From contig NC_092676.1 in NCBI RefSeq assembly GCF_964355755.1, forward strand, positions 11,943,888 through 12,007,887: 64,000 nt of DNA. Direction: 5' to 3'. Below, piece after piece: positions 9,300 through 23,092 of this stretch. Both the position numbers and the translations under genes were made by a program. The notes under the pieces are model-generated. The model did not search any database. It was given only the letters and a program-made list of their open reading frames with translations, and was not told where the DNA came from. This DNA is from Antedon mediterranea. Its lineage: Eukaryota; Animalia; Echinodermata. Numbering within the stretch: the first letter of the stretch is position 1; each line of letters begins with the position of its first letter.

Positions 9300-9440
9300 G
9301 TGGTCGTGCCTTTTCTTCCCCCCCCCCCCCGCGGGGGGACTGGCCGTGACGTCACTCGCCACTGACCAGTCCTAGGGCCGGATACGGGTATGGCCGCGTA
9401 GAGTGCCGGTGATTGGCTGTGACGTTAGATGACGGGACCA
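9300..9440 (-). promoter_or_regulatory. GC-rich promoter-like patch (CRE palindrome + CCAAT box)
   Basis: GTGACGTCAC at 9346-9355, ATTGG at 9412-9416 and a further TGACGT at 9420-9425, in a CpG-rich island within AT-rich DNA. Confidence 0.3.
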
Positions 9441-10289
9441 CTTAAGAGCCATTGTCTGTAAAAATCAAAGATTTGGTGGCAGATGTAAAAAAATGGATTT
9501 CTCTCAAATTTTTACCATGAATAGACATTTCAATAAAAAGCATATCTACAACATTCATTTCAATTTTTAGCCTCCGTTGCCATGACAACGGCCAATTATC
9601 CAAATTTTGATGTTTTTGCCATTTTTCACAGATTTTCTATAGTGAAAAAGTACAAATTGTATACTTATTTTAACCAAAAATACTTACAGTATACAGTTTT
9701 TGTTTATAGCAGTGTAAACAACATGTATTGAATTCCATTTAATGTAGAAAAAAAATAAATTACAAAATGGAGTTTGGTTGATACCATTATTTTAAAAAGG
9801 GGTGTTTTTAAAAAATATTTTTTTTATAAAAGTATACCTCATAAACGTACCTATAACTTCCAAAGTGGTGTTTTTAAATCAATGAGGTTTTTTAATTTGA
9901 TAGTCAATAGGTTTGTCAACAATAATCACGAAAAAAACACTGGGGTAAATTTCGTACATAGGTTTTGTGTTGCCAGGAAAATACGAAAAATACAAAAAAT
10001 ATAACAATGATATCAACAAACAAAACACATGAAACACAATTTAAATATGGCTAATCCAATAATAAAATGTTTATGTGGCTTCTCATAATGCTACTAGAGT
10101 CATACGAATATTTTAGATAAAATAGGAGAATGTGTTGCCAGGTTTATTTCAATTAATTGCCAGAAAAACAGTATTTTGCATTGAAATATGTAATTGATGG
10201 AAAATAATGTTAAACTTGGAAATAATTGCGTCAATGGTTTTTATAAATTTTTAAATCTATTTTGTGTAAAGAGATACAGAAAGACCTCC

Positions 10290-11940
10290 CAAAAAATCTG
10301 ACCTTGTAAATAGGTCATTTGAGGTCAAAAGGGGTCAGAATGCAAAACAGGACAGGTCCCCACTTTACTACAACTATTAATGTTTGATCAAAATTTACAA
10401 GATAGTTCATAACAATTCTCAACAATTTTCTTATTTTACCTATAGTGTTACCTTAGCAACCATTTCTATGTGTAACTAAGGAAAGTAATTTTTTTTTAAA
10501 CGTAAAAAATGGCGTTTTTATAAATACAAAGAATTATTGATTGCATTTGTAATTTTTCTCAATTTTACTTCTACTGCATTCCATTAATGACAAACTTGAC
10601 CTTGTAAATTCATTCATTTTGAGGTCAACATTTTACCCTAGTAACTGTTTCTATGCGAAAATTTCAAAAAAAATAAGGGGTTTTTCATAAATACAAAACA
10701 TTTTTTCTACATAGTTTTACAAATTACATTTCTACTTTTTGCCAAATTTACTTTAAATACTGAATCCTAATAATCTCAGAAAGAAAGTCTTGACGAATCT
10801 GAATAAAGGTAAAAAAAATGACCTTTAGTGTTATCTTAAACCTGTTTACGTAACAAATGATATTAAAAAAAAAATTAAATATGGAGTTTCATGAAAAAAA
10901 AAAATTGTTTACATATTGAGGTCAAATGACATCAACATTTTACCTATAGTGTATTGTAGCAACTGTTTCTATACGTAACTAATACAATATTTTTAATATG
11001 GGGTTTCATGACTACAAACAATTGATTAAATAGCTTTACTACCTTTTCCCAAATTTACTTATCTACTGAATCCCAGAAAATGTCTGACCTTGTGAAAGGG
11101 TCATTTGTTGGGTCAAGTTATGTCAAAATGTATTATTTATGTTATCTTAGAACCTGTTTCTATGCATAACTAAGGATAATTGTTTTTTTAAATACAGTTG
11201 AACCTCCCGTAAGTGGCCACCCTCGGGACCTGGAAAAGTGGCCGCTTACGGGCGGTGACCCCTTACGGGAGGTTCTGCCGATAAAGGGCCAAAATCACTT
11301 ATTATGGCTATATACGATATTCTTAACGAAACGAGCCTCTCAATTTTCCAGCTAATTGTAGGCCTATTATTATTTATAATCAGGTGGTTTAGTATTTTTT
11401 AGCATTTTCAGACAAATTTTAAAAACTTTTATCATATGAAAAATGGTCGGTCAAAATCTGTGTAGTTTTCTCATCTCTTCACAGTAATGTTTTTAAAACC
11501 TCTTCAAAATAAAGCTAATATATAAAGAAATACAATATACATGCACCTCTAATTAATAGGTCCATGCAATAAGTATCGCATTTTTCGATTGGCCGCTTAC
11601 AATAAATCTCATTTTTAGTATAAAAAGGTGCCCGCAGCTGCTTACGGTAAGCACCAAATGCACTAATTAGATAGGAAGAACAAACAGGCTTTTCAAAGTG
11701 CGTCCGTTAAGGGAGGTGGCCGCTGTAAATAAAATATGGGGTTTTCATGAATAAAAATAATCACAGAAGAAAGTGCTTACGAATATGACCTTGTGAAACG
11801 GTAATTTGAAAATGCAAATAAGGCATGCCTGCTAATAATCTACAAATTTAAATTTGTATGAGATAAATATGCAAAATCTAAAGAATATCTCATTTTTAGT
11901 TACCATAGTAACTGTTGCTATGCATAACTAAGGGAAATTA
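10290..11940. repeat. Diverged internal tandem repeat (~200-300 bp units) of the Kolobok-like element
   Basis: Recurrent gaccttgt..gaggtcaa..tacctatagtgtta..agcaactgtttctatg..ggggtttcatga motifs. Confidence 0.55.
11195..11725. mobile_element. Tc1/pogo (Tigger-like) MITE, right TIR partly deleted
   Basis: TA|CAGTTGAACCTCCCGTAAG..TAAGGGAGGTGGCCGCTG|TA, with GGCCGCTTAC subrepeats. It interrupts the host repeat. Confidence 0.7.
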
Positions 11941-13829
11941 AATAATTATCAGATAATTATTAATTAATAATTAATACTGAATCCATCCATCAACGTAAAA
12001 AAAATATAGAATTTAAAGCCAATATTTAATAATAAAGTGTGATATTTTACATGCTGACCTTAAATGAAATGAAATTTCAAATCAGGGCTTCAATATTTGT
12101 TATGTAGCATTAACATACCTGAGTATATCATTGACTTTTGATTGGTTCTATTTTGGGGAGGGGAAAGTGGTGGATCCAGGACTTTTAAATAGTTAGGGGG
12201 TTGAAGGCGAGGGTCTAAAAACTTGCAGTTTATCTTTTTGTGGTTATAGTTGGTCGGGGTGGGGGGGGGGGAGGGGGTGGTAGTCGAAAGTGGTGGTGGA
12301 TGGGCATGTGGGATCTGCTTAGGTTAGCAAATAAAAGAAGTAAACAAATGAAAGAGGAGCTTCAAAATAAGAGAGGAGTAATCTGTTGCAAAGATTAAAA
12401 TTCACAACGATCTGATAATTTATTCAAATTTCCCGAGGATATAACCTATAAAATGACATTAAAACTGGGAATTACAGAATCTATAATTAAAAATAATTTT
12501 TTTTTCTCACAACACAACTAGAACTATATAAAACATTAAGAATTTTTCTGACCAATGAGTTTCAAATCAAATAATCAAAGAAAATAAAATGTTTTTACTA
12601 ATATACCATGTTTTTTTTTTATAAAAATGCCTGTTTCTCGCAACACTGCTTGTAGATTTGAAATTTACCCCCAGTATTTTATTTTAGAAATCAATTATTA
12701 AACATTAGAACTACCTATTTGTAATAAATCAGCTAAAAAAATACACCACTTTGGGCGTTATGGTGAAGTAAAGTTTAGTTGCATTGAACAATTTAAAAAA
12801 AGTGAAAAACACCCCTTTTTAAATAAATGGTATCTCCCAATGTATGAAATAAAAAAAAAATAAAAAAATTTGAAACAGGTACACAATGCATTGTTATTAT
12901 GCATACACTAATTATTTTTTATAATTAAATGAACAACACAAAAATATCGTTCATCAAAGTAGTACCAATATCCATTTTAAAAAACCTTAAAAAAGGACAA
13001 AATTTGTCAAAAACACAAATTTGGCCGTTGCCATGGAAATATAGGTGTGAAATAAAAAATACTTCATATCTGATTTCTCTCAACACATATATAGCCATGT
13101 GCAAAATTTGAAAGAAATCCATTTTTTTTAGTCTGCCACTCTTTTTGATATTTCTTTGATTCTTACAGACAATGGCTCTTAATAGGTTATGAGTCTTTTC
13201 AAATTATAATTTGTATAGACCTAGGCCTACTAAAACTTTAAGATACTTCATTCTTACGGTCTAGCATATTTTCAGGCGCAGCTATTGATGGTAAACCCAT
13301 GAATTGATTATACATTATATATATATATATACGTTATTATTTGTACAGTTTTTCTACCGTTTGAGATATTTTATCACACTTAATATTTTGTGTCGTATTG
13401 TTATATTATTATAGAAACATTTTTATAAGACAATACAATTTAAATTTCATATTTGAACATTAATTGAACTTTTATCTACTGTAATAAAGTACTTAAAATA
13501 GTTTTGTTTTCAATTCAATTGTTTCATGAACTTATAATCTCAAACAAAACACCAACTGTAGATGATGATGATTCATCCCAGCTTTAAAGTTTATCACCCA
13601 AGTTCAAATATACGGAGGTTTTAAGAATACACTTCTTAATAAATGTTGTTTTATTCAACTTGATTGACTCAAATGGACGTATTTGAGAAACTATACTTTG
13701 TAAATGTTATACTGTATTTGAATTAATGTTTTCCAATAATAGGACAATTTTGTCAAAATGTGTACAATTCATGTTACATTTTAAATTATTGGGAAAGTTT
13801 GTTTAAATTGTGTATAATCACAGATATGT

Positions 13830-14905
13830 ATGCAAGATGGGTCCCATATATTTTACATCAGCTTGCCAATATGTTCAGCAGATGGGAACAATTATATGAA
13901 CTTGTCTATTATATATTTTAGCCAAGATATTAGGGAGATGCGTCCCATATATTTTATAAGGGTTTGCCCATGTATTACATCAGATGTTTGTCATGTGGGT
14001 CCCATATAGATTATATATGGGTGGGGCCTGGTATTACCCCAGATTGTTGGCAGATGGGTCCCATATGGAATATAATATGGGCTTGCCCGTATGTATTACT
14101 CCAGATGTTTGGCAGATGGGTCCCATATGGAATATATATGAGCTTCCCCGTATGCAATATCTAATCTATATGGGTCCCATCTGCCATATGGAATATATAT
14201 GAGCTTGCCCGTTTGCCAGATGGGTTCTATATAGATTATATATGGGCTTGCCCATATGTATTACCCCAGAGGTTTGGCAGATGGGACCTATATAGATTAG
14301 ATATGGGTTTGCCCATATTTATTACCCAAGATGTTTGGCAGATGGGTCCCATATAGATCATAACGAGCTTACCCATATGTAGGCCTATTACCCCAGATGT
14401 TTGGCAGATGGTTCCCATATCGATTATTATGGGCTTGCCAATATGTATTACCCCATATGTTTGGCAGATGGGTCCCATATCGATTATATATGGGCTTACT
14501 CGTATCTATTAGCCCAGATGTTTGGCAGATGGGTCCCATATAGATCATATGAGCTTGCCCATATGTATTACCCCATATTTTTGGCAGATGGGTCCCATAT
14601 AGTAGGTATTGGATTACCCATATGTATTAGCCCAGAAGTTTGGCAGATGGGTCCCATATCGATTATATATGGGCTTAACCATATGTATTAGCCCAGATTT
14701 TTGGCAGCTGGGTCCCATCTAGATTATGTATTGGCTTACCATATGTATTAGCCCAGAGGTTGGGCGGATAGGTCCCATATCGATTATATATGGGCTTGCC
14801 CATATTCATTACCCCATATTTTTGGTAGATGGATCCCATATATATTAGATATGGGCTGGCCCATATGTATTAGCCCAGACGTTTGGCAGATGGGTCCCAT
14901 ATCGA
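13830..14905 (+). repeat. ~60-bp minisatellite (~17 units)
   Basis: Unit ttggcagatgggtcccatatagattatatatgggcttgcccatatgtattaccccagatgt; recurrences at 14402, 14462, 14523, 14582, 14641, 14702. Confidence 0.95.
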
Positions 14906-17242
14906 TCGCTGATCTATCTCTCTCTCTCTCTCTCGCTGATCTATCTTTCTCTCTCGCTGATCTATCTCTCTCTCGCTGATCTATCTCTCTCTCGCTGATC
15001 TATCTCTCTCTCGCTGATCTATCTCTCTCTCGCTGATCTATCTCTCTCTCGCTGATCTATCTCTCTCTCTCTCGCTGATCTATCTCTCTCTCTCGCTGAT
15101 CTATCTCTCTCGCTGATCTATGTCTCTCTCGCTGATCTATCTCTCTCTCGGTGATCTATCTCTCTCGCTGATATATCTCTCTCTCGCTGATCTATCTCTC
15201 TCTCGCTGATCTATCTCTCTCTCGCTGATCTATCCCTCTCTCCCTGATCTATCTCTCTCTCGCTAATCTATCTCTCTCTCGCTGATCTATCTCTCTCTCT
15301 CGCTGATCTATCTCTCTCTCTCTGATCTATCTCTCTCTCTCGCTGATCTATCTCTCTCTCTCGCTGATCTATCTCTCTCTCGCTGATCTATCTCTCTCTC
15401 GCTGACCTATCTCTCTCTCTCGCTGATCTATATCTCTCTCGCTGATCTATCTCTCTCTTGCTGATCTATTTCTCTCTCGCTGATCTATCTCTCTCTCTCG
15501 CTGATCTATCTCTCTCTCGCTGATCTATCTCTCTCTCTCGCTGATCTATCTCTTTCTCGCTGATCTATCTCTCTCTCGCTGATCTATCTCTCTCTCTCGC
15601 TGATCTATCTCTCTCTCTTGCTGATCTATCTCTCTCTCGTTGATCTATCTATCTCTCTCTCGCTGATCTATCTCTCTCTCGCTGAGCTATCTCTCTCTAG
15701 CTGATCTATCTCTCTCGCTGATCTATCTCTCTCTCGCTGATCTATCTCTCGCTGATCTCTCTCTCTCTCTCTCTCTCGCTGATCTATCTCTCTCTCGCTG
15801 ATCTATCTCTCTATCGCTGATCTATCTCTCTCTCTCGCTGATCTATCTCTCTCTCTCTCTCTCTCGCTCATCTATCTCTCTCTCGCTGATCTTTTTCTCT
15901 CTCGCGCTGATCTATCACTCTCTCTCGCTGATCTATCTCTCTCTCTCTCTCTCTGATCTGTCTCTCTCTCTCTCTCTCGCTGATCTATCTCTCTCTCTCG
16001 CTGATCTATCTCTCCCCGCTTATCTATCTCTCTCTCTCGCTGATCTATCTCTCTCTCGCTGATCTGTCTCTCTCTCACTAATCTATCTCTCTCTCGCTGA
16101 TCTATCTCTCTCTCGCTGATCTATCTCTCTCTCGCTGATCTATCTCTCTCTCGCTGATCTATCTCTCTCTCGCTGATCTGTCTCTCTCTCGCTGATCTGT
16201 CTCTCTCTCGCTGATCTGTCTCTCTCTCGCTGATCTGTCTCTCTCTCTCGCGGATCTGTCTCTCTCTTGCTGATCTGTCTCTCTCTCTCGCTGATCTGTC
16301 TCTCTCTCGCTGATCTGTCTCTCTCGCTGATCTATCTCTCTCTCGCTGATCTATCTCTCTCTCGCTGATGTATCTCTCTCTCGCTGATCTATCTGTCTCT
16401 CGCAGATCTATCTCTCTCTCGCTGATCTATCTGTCTCTCGCTGATCTATCTGTCTCTCGCTGATCTATCTGTCTCTCGCTGATCTATCTGTCTCTCGTTG
16501 ATCTATCTCTCTCTCGCTAATCTATCTGTCTCTCGCTGATCTATCTCTCTCTCGCTGATCTATCTCTCTCTCGCTGATCTATCTCTCTCTCGCTGATCTA
16601 TCTCTCTCTCTCGCTGATCTATCTCTCTCTCGCTGATCTATCTCTCTCTAACTGATCTATCTCTCTTTCGCTGATCTACCTCTCTCTCGCTGATCTATCT
16701 CATTCTCGCTGATCTATCTCTCTCTCGCTGATCTGTCTCTCTCGCTGATCTATCTCTCTCTCGCTGATCTATCTCTCTCTCGCTGATGTATTTCTCTCTC
16801 GCTGATCTATCTGTCTCTCGCAGATCTATCTCTCTCTCGCTGATCTATCTGTCTCTCGCTGATCTATCTGTCTCTCGCTGATCTATCTGTCTCTCGTTGA
16901 TCTATCTGTCTCTCGCTAATCTATCTGTCTCTCGCTGATCTATCTCTCTCTCGCTGATCTATCTCTCTCTCGCTGATCTATCTCTCTCTCGCTGATCTAT
17001 CTCTCTCTCGCTGATCTATCTCTCTCTCGCTGATCTATCTCTCTCTCGCTGATCTATCTCTCTCTAACTGATCTATCTCTCTTTCGCTGATCTACCTCTC
17101 TCTCGCTGATCTATCTCATTCTCGCTGATCTATCTCTCTCTCGCTGATCTATCTCTCCCTCGCTGATCTATCTCTCTCTCGCTGATCTATCTCTCTCTCG
17201 CTGATCTATCTCTCTCTCGCTGATCTATCTCTCTCGCTGATC
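14906..17242 (+). repeat. 17-23-bp compound micro/minisatellite CGCTGATCTAT(CT)n
   Basis: More than 100 tandem units with a variable (CT)n tract. Confidence 0.98.
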
Positions 17243-17245
17243 GAC

Positions 17246-18470
17246 TGTATATTGTGTTAACGTCATCTAATTGAGCCATAGTAACGAGTTATGTCTAAAA
17301 ATAAAAGGGTCGAAATTTGGCCATTTTTCGAAAATTTCCCTGCGGGGGACTATAGGATTTTTTTCGAAAAATGTTAAAATTTTCCACTTTCTAAAATTCA
17401 ATAATTATGCTATAATATTGCCATTTATGTAAATATATTGTGCTAACATCATCTTATAGAGTCATAGTTACTAGTTATGTTAAAAAATAAAAGGGTCGAA
17501 ATTTGGCCATTTTTTAACATGCGGGGGACCATAGGAATTTTTTTGAAAAATGGCAAAAATTTCCACTTTTTAAAATTCGAAAATTATGCTATAATATTGC
17601 CATTTATGCAAATATATTGTGCTAACATCATCTTATAGAGACATAGTAACTAGTTATGTAAAAAAAAGGGTCAAAATTTGGCCATTTTTCGAAAATTTTC
17701 CTGCGGCGGACCATAGGAATTTTTTCTAAAAATCGCCAAAATGTCCATTTTTTTAAATTCAATAATTATGCTATAGTATTGTCATTTATTCACATATATT
17801 GTGTTAACATCATCTTATAGAACCATAGTAACTAGTTATGTCAAAAAATAAAATGGTTGAAATTTCCATGTGGGGGACCATGGGACTTTTTTCCAAAAAA
17901 TAGTCAAAATTTCCATTCTTTAAAATTAAAAAATTATGCTTAACATCATCTTATAGAGCCATAGTAACTAGTTATGTCAAAAAATAAAAGGGTCAAAATT
18001 TGGCAATTTTTCGAAAAATTTCAATTGTTTAAAATTAAAAAATTATGCTATAATATTGCAATTTATGCAAATTTATTGTGCTAACATCATCTTATAGAGC
18101 CATAGCAACTACTTATGTCAAAATATAAAAGGGTCGAAAATGGCAAAAATTTCCACTTTTTAAAATTAAATAATTATGCTATAAAATTGCCATTTATGGT
18201 CATATATTGTGTTAACATCATCTTATAGAGCGTAACTAGTTATGTCAAAAAATAAAAGGGTCGAAATTTTCCCAATTTTGGAAAATTTCCCTCTGGGGGA
18301 CCATAGGAATTTTTTCGAAAAATGGCCAAAATTTCCAATTTTTAAAATTCTATAATTATGCTATAATATTGCCATTTATGCACATATATTGTGTTAAATT
18401 TGGCTATTTTTCGAAAAATGTTCCTGCTGGGGACCACAGGAATTTTTTCGAAAAATTACCAAAATTTATA
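17246..18470 (+). repeat. ~185-bp satellite, block 1
   Basis: Unit aaaataaaagggtcgaaatttggccatttttcgaaaatttccctgcgggggaccatagg..cttatagagccatagtaactagttatgtc. Confidence 0.95.
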
Positions 18471-20292
18471 CGAAATTAAGCTATTTTGTGCCCTTTGATG
18501 TTTTGTGTGAAAAAGTTTTGTCGAAATGCTCAAATGGTCTAAAACGTTTTTTAATACCATATTAAGCTATTTTGTGCACTTTGATGTTTGTGTGAAAAGT
18601 TTTTTCGAAATGCTCAAAATGGTCTAAAACGGTTTCTATTGTGATTCTAAGCACTTTGATGTTTTTGTGTAACCAAGTTTCTTCGAAATGCACAAAATGG
18701 TCTAAAACGTCTCCAAATGCGATTTGAAATAATTATTAGCACTTTGGTATTTTTATGTTAACTAGTTTTTTTCGAAAATCACAAAATGGTCAAAAACGTT
18801 TCCAAATGCGATTAGAAGCTATTCTGTACACTTTGATGTTTTGTGTGAAAAAGTTTTGTCGAAATGCTCAAAATGGTCTAAAACGTTTTTAAATACCATA
18901 TTAAGCTATTTTGTGCACTTTGATGTTTTTGTGTGAAAAGTTTTATCGAAATGCTCAAAATGGTCTAAAACGGTTTCTAATGTGATTTTTTAAGCACTTT
19001 AATGTTTTTGTGTAACCAAGTTTCATCGAAATGCACAGAATGGTCTAAAACGTCTCCAAACGCGATTTAAAGCTATTATGTAAACTTTGATGTTTTGTGT
19101 GAAAAAGGTTTGTCGAAATGCTCAAAATGGTCTAAAACGTTTTTAAATACGAAATTAAGCTATTTTGTGCTCTTTGATGTTTTTGTGTGAAAAGTTTTTT
19201 CGAAATGCTCAAAATGGTCTAAAACGGTTTATAATGTGATTTTAAGCACTTTTATGTTTTTGTGTAACCAAGTTTTTTCGAAATGCACAAAATGGTCTAA
19301 AACGTCTCCAAATGCGATTTGAAGCTATTCTGTACACTTTGATGTTTTGTGTGAAAAAGTTTTGTCGAAATGCTCAAATGGTCTAAAACGTTTTTAAATA
19401 CCATATTAAGCTATTTTGTGCACTTTGATGTTTTTGTGTGAAAAGTTTTTTTCGAAATGCTCAAAATGGTCTAAAACGGTTTCTATTGTGATTGATTCTA
19501 AGCACTTTGATGTTTTTGTGTAACCAAGTTTCATCGAAATGCACAAAATGGTCTAAAACCTCTCCAAATGCAATTTGAAGCTATTCTGTACACTTTGATG
19601 TTTTGTGTGAAAAGGTTTTGTCGAAATGCTTAAAATGATCTAAAACGTTTTCAAATACCACATTAAGCTATTTTGTGCACTTTGATATTTTTGTGTGAAA
19701 AGTTTTGTCGAAATGCTCAAAATGGTCTAAAACGGTTTCAAATGTGATTTTAAGCACTTTGATGTTTTTGTGTAACCAAGTTTCATTGAAATGCACAAAA
19801 TGGTCTAAAACGTCTCCAAATGCGTTTTGAAGCTATTCTAAGCACTTTGGTGTTTTTATGTTAAGAAGTTTATTTTCAAAAATCACAAATTGGTCTAAAA
19901 CCTCTCCAAATGCGATTTGGAGCTAATCTGTACACTTTTATGTTTTGTGTGAAAAAGTTTTGTCGAAATGCTCAAAATGGTCTAAAACGTTTTTAAATAC
20001 GATATTAAGCTATTTTGTGCACTTTGATGTTTTTGTGTGAAAAATTACATCGAAATGCTCAAAATGGTCTAAAACGGTTTCTAATGTGATTTTAAGCACT
20101 TTGATGTTTTTTTGTAACCAAGTTTCATCGAAATGCACAAAATGTTCTAAAACGTCTCCAAATGCGATTTGAAGCTATTCTGTACACTTTGATGTTTTTA
20201 TGTTAACATGTTTTTTCGAAAATCACAAAATGGTCTAAAACGTCTTCAAATGCGATTTAAAGCTATTCTGTACACTTTGATGTTTTTTGTGA
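18471..20292 (+). repeat. 77/87-bp satellite, block 1
   Basis: Unit aagctattttgtgcactttgatgtttttgtgtgaaaagttttatcgaaatgctcaaaatggtctaaaacgtctccaaatgcgatttg. Confidence 0.95.
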
Positions 20293-22413
20293 GAAATCGG
20301 GGTCGTTGTCTTTGCGTAAAATCGGTGTCGCTGTCTGTACGTTAAAACGGGATCGATGTCTGTACGTAAAATCGGAGTCGCTGTCTGTACGTAAAATCGA
20401 GGTCGATGTCTTTACGTAAGAACGGAGTCGATATCTGTACGTAAAAACGGGGTCGATGACGGTACATTAAACGGAGTCAATGTATGTACGTAAAAACTAG
20501 GTCGATGTAAGTACGTGGTCGATGTCTGTACGTAAAATCGGGGTCGATGTCTGCACGTAAAATCGGTGTCGATGTCTGTACGTCAAAATGGGGTCGATAT
20601 ATGTCCGTCAAAACTAGGTCGATGTAAAATCGGGGTCACTGTCTGCACGTAAAATCGGGGTCGATATCGGTACGTAAAAACTAGGTCGATCTCTGTACGT
20701 AAAAAACAAGAAATGCACAAAATGGTCTAAAACGTCTCCAAAACGGGGCCGATGTCTGTACGTCAAAACTAGGTTGATGTCTGTATGTAAAATCAGGGTC
20801 GATGTCTGTACGTAAAACCGGTGTCGATGTCTGTAGGTCAAAACTAAGTCGATGTCTGTAGGTCAAAACTAGGTCTATGTCTGTACGTAAAATCATTGTC
20901 GATGTCTGTACGTAAAATCGGGGTCGATGTCTCTACGTTAAATCGTGGTCGGTTTATGTACGTAAAAACGGGATCGATGTCTGCACGTAAAAACGGGTTC
21001 AATGTCTGTACGTTAAATCAAGGTCGATGTCTATACGTAAAATCGGGGTCGATGTCTGTACTTAAAATCGGGGTACATTTCTGTATGTAAAGTCAGGGTC
21101 GATGTCTGTACGTAAAAACGGAGTCGATGTCTGTAGTTCAAAACTAGGTCGATGTCTGTACGTAAAAATGGGGTCGATGTCTGTACGAAAAAACTGGGTC
21201 GATATCTGTACTTAAAATTGGGGTCGATGTATGTACGTAAAAACGCAGTTGATGTCTGTAGTTCAAAGCTAGGTCGATGTCTGTACGTAAAATCGGGGTC
21301 GATGTCTGCACGTAAAATTGAGGTCGATGTCGGTACGTAAAAACTAGGTCGATGTCTGTACATAAAAACTAGGCCGATGTCTGTACATAAAATCGGGGTC
21401 GATGTCTATACATTAAATCGAGGTCGATGCCTGTACGTCAAAGATCTTATATACTAAAGATGGGACACTCTCGGATTTGTTCGTGCAATTCATGTAACAC
21501 ACATGGAGCTCATTTCATAGGGCGCCCTCTCGCTCAAACATGTAGATTTATGGATCAGATGTCTACTGTATTGTAACTGAATACTCAATTTTTTTCATCA
21601 CAATAATTACGGTAATGTGCGATTAAATTATAATGATAGACTTATTTCCTGTACTTTGTATATCTCTATTTGTTTTAATTACTGAATATTGTTGTTATTA
21701 TTGAATGTTTATCATCATCCTCAAAATCATCATCTAGGAGTAATCATCACTCACATCACTACTACTTATTTATGCGAGTCGGCTCTGGTATTAACACTAA
21801 GCGCATCGTATTCCGTTTTTGTTCTTGATGTGTTCTTTTTCATCCAGCAGCAAAACAGTGCAGATTAGGAAAATATATTAGTAAAATAGTGTGTTATAAA
21901 CAATTAAAAAAGAACAAGAAGTCACTTTTTAAAATCACTACTTCGACTATTTTATTGCAGTAATTTTTCGGAATATATTTATACACAATCATAGGCTTAA
22001 GCCTACAGGCATGATGAAACAGATTATGATAGTCAATTCTGAGACAATTCATACTAGGCATACATGTACCCATCATTCGCCATGACATTCACTTATTATT
22101 ATAATTTATTTAAAACCTGAGATAACAATTAGTTATGTTATAGTAGTCTCAGTTTAAAATTAACTCAATAACTATTGCGAAATGATGCATGGGTCCACCC
22201 AGAGGAAATATAAAAAATGTAGAAACATTGAAATAAAATCATCATATTTACAATTATTCAATCATCATACCAGACCGTAGTAATGATCATCATTTCTAGC
22301 CGATAATGCACAGACCGGGCGCGTACAGAGGTCGACCTCCGGGCTGAGTCCTGGTTAACATGCGAATGATGTAATCCGGAACGGTATTGATGGAAGCCCG
22401 ATAGGCGAGACAA

Positions 22414-22869
22414 CCAAGTTGAAACTGATAACGTTGAGAAACGGATGAGATAGAAATGGTGTTATCAATAAGGTGGGATGGGGTATGAGGGTGACAAAAA
22501 AATGTGACATCACAAACCACCACACCACCCACCCCTCCCACAAAAACCCCAGGAGTCGGGGGAATTTTTTTAAATGTAGTTTAAAACCTTCCGGGTACAA
22601 TTGCCATCATTTTGATACCCCATACGTATGGTTACGTGCAGAAACAGAAATTTGTATAACGAACAAACATCGAAAGTGGGGGTTTTGACCACATTTTGGT
22701 CCCTAACTTGGTGAAATGATGTTAAAATATAGCTTAGAACATTCCCGGTACAATTTCGGTCATTTTGATACCCCATATGTAAGATTATGTGCAGTAACAA
22801 CATTTTGTATAACGAACAAACAAACAGACAGACAAACAGACAGAAAAACTCTCTCACTTATAATATAGA
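22414..22869 (-). mobile_element. Non-autonomous Helitron-like insert in the outer P-like copy
   Basis: Minus strand starts A|TCTATATTATAAG followed by a (TGTC/TGTT)n microsatellite. Internal ~150-bp duplication (ccggtacaat..cattttgataccccat..gtataacgaacaaac). Degenerate 3' hairpin ccgtttctcaacg; the CTRR end is imperfect. Confidence 0.55.
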
Positions 22870-23092
22870 TGTTAAGATGTAGGCTACTTATTTAATTACA
22901 TAAATTTACCTGTTCTTGTCTTTGGGAAAATTGTAAAACTTAAGTTCTGGGTTGGCCTTTGAATTGCTTTTACAATTAATTGCAGCACAGTACATCCCTC
23001 CACTTTTTCTCTTTTAATTCATTGTTTGTTAACCATACAAACTTTGGCGCGAATACTCAAGAATACTGCGATCGTCACGCAAAAGTTCGTTA

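Larger units (their letters stand above)
9446..13178. mobile_element. Non-autonomous TTAA-specific DNA transposon (Kolobok-like) with long diverged TIRs
   Basis: TTAA|GAGCCATTGTCTGTAA..TTACAGACAATGGCTC|TTAA (TTAA at 9442-9445 and 13179-13182). Inverted similarity extends ~500 bp (e.g. gataccattattttaaaaaggggtgtttt vs aaaacaccccttttaaataaatggtatc). Purine-purine termini favour Kolobok over piggyBac (CCY). Confidence 0.8.

Noticed and set aside
12155-12305. G-rich tract as a telomeric repeat or G-quadruplex element
   Set aside because: No (TTAGGG)n array; it is a simple poly-G low-complexity patch inside a TE.
13964-16078. ORFs in the 60-bp and CT-rich arrays
   Set aside because: Low-complexity repeat translations.
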